A DNA stretch of 64,000 nucleotides from the human T2T-CHM13v2.0 reference genome, Homo sapiens, in assembly GCF_009914755.1 (NCBI RefSeq), contig NC_060926.1, one strand, 5' to 3'. Positions 56,631 through 64,000 of this stretch are shown in pieces. The notes under the pieces are model-generated. The model saw nothing but the letters and a program-made list of their open reading frames with translations, did not search any database and was not told the origin of the DNA. Numbering within the stretch: position 1 is the first letter of the stretch; the number at the start of each line of letters is the position of its first letter. Made by a program: the position numbers and the translations under genes.

Positions 56631-57855
56631 GTAACGCTTGGGGCTCCTTGTTGGGTCTTTTCACAGTGATTTGCGTGCTGGGCCCAGGGTGCAAGTGCAG
56701 GCACCTGTTGCTGCAGACGCACCTGGCTGTCTCACGTTGCTCACGGTCAGAGTGCGTTTGCGCCTGTGACTTCTGCCCAAGGTCAGGCCAGGAGTGCGCA
56801 TAGCACGGATACCAGGCGTGCCTGCTCAGACCTGCTGGCTCCTGAGAGGGGCTTAGAAGCCTCTTGCCTGCGCAGATCGTCGTTTCTAGCTGCGAGGAGC
56901 CAAAATGTTCAGGGTCTGAGCTTTAAGGTCTAACTGTTGTACTAGAATCTAGATCCTCTGGATTAAAGTGGAAAAGAAGAACGGATTAATGAGTTTTTAA
57001 ACTGGCCAAATTGTTTTATTTAAAAATATGTCCCCCGTGGTTTGTACAGTGTTGATCACACACGGGCTCCAGGTTTCAGGATATCTAGAGCCCGTGTGTG
57101 ATAGAGAGACGGGAATGAACACATGGATGAAACAGCCAGGAAGAAATTCCTCCCTGGGAAAATGGCTAGCAATGTGTTGACACACCTGCTCAAGCCATTT
57201 GCAAGTTATTTTCATCATCTTGAGCTGGAGCTAGGAGTCATTTCTGACAGCATAAGGGTTCTTTAACTCACAGTTATGGTGTGACTTTTTCTGTGACCTC
57301 AGAGACATAGAAGCTGAGACCCCCACTCAGTCCATGTTCTCCCGTGGGCCATGCCCTGTGGGGCCAAGGGACCATCCACACTGAGCCCACCCCCAAGAGC
57401 TTTTCTTCTTAAGAAGATGTGAATTTATTTTGTTAGACAGAAGTAACCAGCTGCCTTCCCCAGGGTTGATTTTAATACACAGGTTGTTGTTTGGCTTACA
57501 TAGCCAAATTTAAAAAGGCGAGCCAGTGTTTAAAACCAGTGAGATTTCGGATAAAAATCTGAATTTCCAGATTCTCTTATGGTGGTTGTAGATTCCGCCA
57601 CATTCCCAGCAAAGACCAAGCTGGCCACATACCCTGCAGGGTCAGGGCCCTGCCACAGGTCTAATGTGCTCATTGCCCTCCGCTGCTAGGAGTTTGCCGC
57701 TCCATGTAGAAACCTGCATGCAGAGGCTAGGCAGTGTCACCAAGCCCTGGAACCATCCTGCACACTCAAGCTCTGGTATCCATAGTGGTGCCAGAGGCCA
57801 CTAGAAGGAATAGTGCTTTTATTCTGAACTGGTTTTTAAATATGTATATGTATAA

Positions 57856-58159
57856 TTTTTTTTTTTTTTTGAGATCAAGTCTTGCTCTATCGCCCAGGCT
57901 GGAGTACAGTGACATGATCTCTACTCACTGCAACCTCCACCTCCCAGATTCAAGCGATTATCATGCCTCAGCCTCCCAAGTAGCTGGGATTATAGGTGCG
58001 CACCACCATGCCTGGCTAATTTTTGTATTTTTAATAGAGACGGGGTTTCACCATGTTGGCCAGACTGGTCTGAAACTCCTGATCTCAAGTGATCCTCCCG
58101 CCTTGACCTCCTGGCCTCCCAAAGTGCTAGGATTACAGGCATCAGCCACCACACCTGGC
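57856..58159 (-). mobile_element. AluS
   Basis: Full dimer; TSD-like ttaaatatgtat / ttaaatatatgtat. Confidence 0.94.
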
Positions 58160-58178
58160 TTAAATATATGTATTTTAA

Positions 58179-58585
<407 letters not shown>

Positions 58586-58589
58586 CCAT

Positions 58590-58672
58590 ATTAGAATTGA
58601 TTTAAATATATACATATTGATATAAGATATAACCAATTAGAATTGATTTAAACATATACATATTGATATAAG
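58590..58672. repeat. Direct duplication, 37-bp core at period 46
   Basis: attagaattgatttaaaYatatacatattgatataag at 58590 and 58636. Confidence 0.92.
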
Positions 58673-58913
58673 CAGCTTGTTACAAAGTTGTTGGGCAAAA
58701 GTTCTTGATTTAAAAATAACTAAGATGAATTAAGGCAAGCAGTCATCGATTTGAATGGCCCCCTTTAAAAGCAAAGCATCCCTTTATTCCTTTGATTGAA
58801 AGGAAGCCCTTTTCTGTTGCATTTTAATTGTGCAGTTTAAGAACCATCTGTTGCTGGACTCCCACGTCTCTGTTGTAATATTCCCAGCCACACGAAAAGA
58901 AAAATAAAAAATA

Positions 58914-59098
58914 AGCCAGGCGTGGTGGCATGCACCTGTAGTCCCAGCTACTCAGGACACTGAGGCAGGAGCATTGCTTGAGCCCAGGAGCCTGAAGCAA
59001 TGATCGGGCCATGATTGTCCCTGTGTGTAGCCACTGCACTCCAGCTGGGGCAACATAATGAGACCCCTATCTCTTTCAAAAAGTAAAAAAATAAAAAG
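58914..59098 (+). mobile_element. Alu right monomer (FRAM/AluJ)
   Basis: agccaggcgtggtggcatgcacctgtagtcccagc...ccactgcactccagctgggg plus A-rich tail. Confidence 0.85.
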
Positions 59099-60608
59099 TA
59101 GTTGCTACTCCAGATGGGAAACCAAGTCTTGGGCATTTAATTTTAGTATCATGAAAAAGGGGTGCAGGGCAGCCCTCACTGATGCTTCTGATGAGCACAG
59201 GCCTTGCGGAGAACATCTGATGAAATCGGGAAGTCTCACGTAAAACGCCATGGTTTGCCTTCTTCAGCATGAGTACAGATGTCATTTGCTTAGTAGATGG
59301 CATTCACATTTTGAAATTCTTCTCCCTACAGCATGGTTTTATCATAAAGATATTTCAGGGGTCACAGGGGTCAAGATATCTCGCCCTGTTGCAAATTCGG
59401 CGGAACATCCGCCACTGAGAGCGGTGGTTTTGGTCTGTGCTCTCACCAGCAGGGACCGGAGGAGGGGGTGGTGTCCCTTGCAGGCAGCACCTTTGGCCAA
59501 CGTCACCTTTTGCACGGTCCTCTGTGGATCTGCAGTCTCGGCTTCCTCATCACCGATGCCTGCACTTCTTCCCTCACGACCGTGGCTTGCGGCTGTGACA
59601 CAGGGCGGGCGTCGTGGGCGCGGCTGTGGACTCCTGCCTGGGGTTGGTCACGGACCAGGAGCCAGAGCCACCCAAATTTACCAGGTTGTGGAATGAGAGC
59701 CTGGGAAGGTGGGGGACATGTCAGGAGGGGCAGAGAAATGAACGTGGCCAAGATGGTGAGTGAGGACACCGAGTGAAGCAGCTCTACCGGGGGGTGGGGA
59801 AGCCACTCCTTGTGGCAGCAGAGGATGGACATGGCAGACAGGAAGCTGCCCTGGGAGACGAGAGCCAGACGAGGAAGGGCCAGCCCAGTCAGCCCAGCGC
59901 AGCACGCGTTCCTAACGGCGGCAACGGTGCCTTCATGAATTTCGGGTCTTTGCAAGGCGGCAGCATTCCTGTTTAAAGTTTATGTCTGCTTCTTCAAAAG
60001 AGGGATCGAAAGATCTTAAATAAGATAGATGTGTATTTCGTGACTAGTCAGAGAAGCCTGGGGCGGGGGGACATCCCAGAGCTCCTGCCGTGTGGCAGAG
60101 CTGGGCTTGGTGCTGTCACCTACCACTGGTGACGGGCATCTTCCCAAACTTTACAGGTGAGGAAAACAGGCCTTAGGGAGATACACAGTTTTCCCCAAAT
60201 CCAAGAAAATAGCCAAGCCAAGATTCAAATCAGATTTGACCAGATACAAAGCCTGTGGTCTTCCTAGCTCACCCCTCTGTCTCAAAATCAGTTCTGTACC
60301 AACAATAAAAACAAGAGTGGAGGAGGGAGTGAATCCGTGGGCCATGGGGTTGAAGTTCACATTGAGGACGCTGGCACGCACAGCAAAGGGGGAAACAGAA
60401 TGATCCACATAATCCTAGTCACTTTCCAAGTGGAAGCATGCCTTGAAAAATAAAGTTCTCCTTGGTGTGGAATTTGAGGCACAGGAATATGAAACATAAA
60501 ATATACAATTTTCTTAGAATTTTCTATAAATACAGAATGAGTAGCTTTCACCTAGCTGTGCTTTTATGTGACCCAAAGGGTGGGGCAGAGGCCAGGAGGA
60601 ATGTACTC

Positions 60609-60698
60609 GTGTGTGCGCACGCATTCGTGTGTGTGCGTGTGCATGTGTGTGTGCATGTGTGTGCATGTGCGCTCACACACGTGAGCATCTGTGTATGC
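60609..60698. repeat. Imperfect (TG)n tract with three TGCATG
   Basis: gtgtgcgcacgcattcgtgtgtgtgcgtgtgcatgtgtgtgtgcatgtgtgtgcatgtgc. Confidence 0.9.
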
Positions 60699-61599
60699 AT
60701 CCAGAGGGAAGAGTGAGTCGAGCTAGTGGGGTCTGAGCTTGCACGTCTTCGGGCCATGCCTGGAGGATTTGGGAAGGTGCACTGACGACACCTCCCTCAC
60801 GCTCTTCTTTGCATATCACATCTCTGGGCCTGGCTATTATTAGAACCAGCTAACATAATTTGAGGTTATACAATCTGGTAGCTTGGGGCACTGGCATTTT
60901 AAGTTGTTGATTAAGGGGAAATGAATACGTTTTGGAAGACCAGTGTTTAAAGGGTAGGGTTGATACTTTGGTGTAAAAATTGAGAAACCTGATCCCTGTT
61001 TTCATCGGGGTCACAAGCCATCCCACCTGCATGCAGGCGTTTCTGAGCAGGCTCAGGGTTTTCTTGAGGGGGCCGCTCTGAGAACACCGAGAAGGGCAGG
61101 AAGCTGACCGGGGTTGGTATCCCCCAAGGAAAGCATGGAGCGTGTACGGAGAGGGGAGGTGGCGAGGAGACACCAGTGTCGGGGGCAGCCCTGTCCCCAC
61201 AGCATTATCAGACTCCAGGCCAGCTCTAGCCCACCCTGAGCTCTCTTTCTTGAATGGTTCTTTTCAGCACACAGACGGCGAGAACCCACTACAGCTTACT
61301 CTAGCTGCGTTCCGGGGTCTGTTTAAAAGGATATGAGCTCTTTTTTAATGGATTTGTTAGGGGAGAATAATGTACATATTCTTGGGAAATTCAAGTGAAC
61401 CTTGAACTTCTTAGGGAGAACCTACACTGATAGAAGAAAATGGTGATCATTTCTCTTTTCTTGCTGCTGACTTGATAAACATTTTGGTTAGAGATGCTTT
61501 GTTTCTTACAGTCATATTGTTGGATGTAGTCACATGTGTTCCCCCATATAAGACTAGAAATGCCAACTTCTTGGTCTCGCAGTTTTGGCAGTGCCTTCA

Positions 61600-61651
61600 A
61601 TAATGCCTGATATGACAAATGTCTTAATGAATGAATGAATGAATGAATGAA
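61600..61651 (+). mobile_element. L2 3' tail with (TGAA)n
   Basis: acaaatgtcttaatgaatgaatgaatgaatgaatgaa. Confidence 0.5.
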
Positions 61652-62258
61652 AATGAGTAGCTATCTCAGTTTTATCTAGTGATTACTACAAAATTAAAAG
61701 AAACCTCTGAAGCAAACGAATATGTCAATGTATGATAATAACCTCTTTTAGGAATATTTCTGTTATATTCTAATGATCACTCCATTTAGCTGGAATTTTC
61801 CTGTTATTCTGTGTGTGTCTGTGTGAATCAGAACATCAAAGCCTCTTTCTTCATTATTTGTGAATTTGACCAGTTAACTTTCCAATTAAGTTTCTGTACT
61901 TTTTGATTAAACTTTTATTACCGCAAAAAGAAATTCTGAATTAAAGATGAAGGAAGTACTTTTTCTCATTGATGGCAATAGGTTATACAGACTTCTGTAT
62001 TAGAATAATAGCAGTATTTTTGGTAAGATTCGTGTGGCTATGCCCCTATTTCCCCAATGTATCTAAAATGAAATGTAAAGTAAGTGATAAAATTACAAAC
62101 TCTTGTCAGTGGGACCTCACCTGTTTTCTTATTCACATTTTACTGTATTCGTTGTGACTTGATTCATATGTCTAGTTACTTACAGAACCTTTCATTCTGA
62201 TGTTACTGCTTCTTTAATTGGATTTTACATTTCTTTTTTCTTCTGTCCTTCTCTATAG

Positions 62259-62276
62259 ATCTATCAGGTCCAAAAG
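62259..62276 (+). CDS. LRRFIP1: LRRFIP1 18-nt cassette microexon (IYQVQK)
   Basis: Long pyrimidine tract 62230-62256 then TAG|ATCTATCAGGTCCAAAAG|GTAGGC; frame-preserving; continues ...RQQKE-IYQVQK as I recall for the long LRRFIP1 isoform. Confidence 0.88.
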
Positions 62277-64000
62277 GTAGGCTCTTCTTTCTTTATTTTC
62301 TAACTTGCATGTACTGTTTTTTCCTTGCCAAGGGCCTGGTCACCTTTCAGAAATAACACCTTGCACTGAAGATACATAGAAGTTCTTACTGTTTATTTTA
62401 CTACTTTGTGTATGAATTTGTTTGAACAAGAATGCCTAGATCCTCATCTTGCCCCACTCAAAGCAACAGTCAGACACATTTCTGTGTACTGAATGCTTTT
62501 GTCATCTGCATTTTCCTCAAGAAATGTAAAAATTGTTTCTTTGAGAAGAAAAGTAATTCTAAGGCAAAATTATATTTCAGAATGTGGATAGCCTTCTGAA
62601 ATTATGTATGGAAAGAAAAAGATGATTTTATTAGAAAACTTAAAAAATTCCATACAAATTACCACACATTGAGAGATTATTAGATATTGAGTTAAAAATC
62701 TGAGTAAAAGGACAGTGATGATATAAAATGAACCTGCCATTCATCCCTAATGCTCAGAGATCATAAAATGACGTGCCTCTCTGTTTCCTAGTATTTTGTA
62801 GAAGCAGCTGAGGTTTAGAAGTAAATACACTGGGCAGGCCAGATACAGAAAATAAAGACAAGCAAGTCAGTGATTCAAGATCTAGCAAAAATGAAGTCAG
62901 AAGTGAGCGAGTTCCTTGAGAATTTATAGAATTTGTATACACGGGAGTCTTTCCCATAAATGAATTTAGTTTGATACTTAAAACATCTGTGATAGTTTCC
63001 TTTTATAAATTTAGTTTCTAGACAACAACTGTATTTTTCTCTTAGAGCAGATGAGAAAATCAGAATAAGATCACTTAATTTCGGAGGTTAGAGCACACAG
63101 GCCTCGGAATGCACGGGCAGTAAATTTAAGAGCCTGTTGTGTTGGATTCCTGTGCTGGCCATGATGACGAATCGCCTTCCCTGCTGGAGCCCTGCACTCT
63201 GCATAGCTGCTGTCCCGAAGAGTGCAAAGAAATTTGTTAAGTAGATGCCAGAATCTCTTGTGCTTGACTAGTGTTTCCAGGGCCCAAGTGTAGAAATGGA
63301 TATTGCAGCTGGAGTTCCTGGTCGTCCTCAGAGAGCCTCGGGAAGAACTGGACAGGTGCAAGGCCAGGCGGGGAGCCCTCCCTGTAACTGACAGCAGGAC
63401 GCTCTCATCCAAAACCTGGAAGAGGGGCTCTATCTGGTCGTTTCCACTTGCATTCATGCCTTTCTTGTGCTAGGTCACATTATTTTCTTTTTACTAACGT
63501 GCCAGGGATACATTGTGAGAACTTTGTCAGAATGTGAATTTGTGTAGAATGTGAAGCTAGAAGGAGCCCCGGAAACCTGCAGTGGAGGAGCAGAGGCACA
63601 GTTTTGTAGTAAAGGTGTGCCCAGGGAAGGGAAGGCTTTCCTCATTGCTGAGATGTCTGGGGAGGAGAGGAGGCGGCGATTGCGCCTCCGGCCCAGCCAG
63701 CTGCTTTGCGGAACAGTTTCTCTGGAATCAAAGCTATTTCTGAAAGTAGCGCGGCTCCTGCTTCCCTCCGCATGGCTTCCGGATCATGGTAGTGATTGAC
63801 GTTTGAAATGTTTGCCCTTCCTGGACTTTGCTGTGCTAGTGCTGCTGGCTAACCCAGGAACTACTAGTTAATTGCACTTGCTGTTACTAGGGGCGTTCTC
63901 TCCCCAGGAATGACATGGAAATGCAGTTACAGTAGCCACTTATAAGACCACCCATGAACGAGGTGAAAGATTTTCAGAACTGGTCCTTTGTCATGAAAAG

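Noticed and set aside
56540-56722. Minus-strand 60-aa ORF
   Set aside because: Antisense shadow of the LRRFIP1 coding exon
60701-60718. Possible tiny exon CAG|AGGGAAGA|GTGAGT next to the UG tract
   Set aside because: 8 nt, frame-shifting, and no polypyrimidine tract

Overview
Human (primate) euchromatic genomic DNA from the 5' part of LRRFIP1 (LRR binding FLII interacting protein 1 / GCF2; 2q37.3 from prior knowledge), + strand. Three coding exons are supported by translation and splice signals: an alternative first exon in a large CpG island (CDS 40455-40520, [22 protein letters not shown]), the shared coiled-coil exon (56544-56630, [29 protein letters not shown]) and an 18-nt microexon (62259-62276, IYQVQK). 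The rest is intronic. The first ~39 kb probably lies in intron 1 of the isoform that starts further upstream. It is dense in Alu, L1, L2, MIR, MaLR/ERV1 solo LTRs and DNA-transposon fossils. Nearly all ORFs in the supplied track are spurious (repeat-, low-complexity- or GC-driven). I found no evidence of a new multi-gene system. The most unusual observations are retrotransposition signatures: an L1PA insertion that appears to carry a ~49-bp alpha-satellite-like 3' transduction, a young AluYa5 that re-used the target site of an older Alu, and a chimeric AluS/AluY where an L1 ends abruptly. Other candidates are a splicing code around the microexon, an extra TATA promoter/first exon and a non-TE 166-bp direct duplication. 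Repeat subfamily calls were made by eye and their boundaries are approximate.
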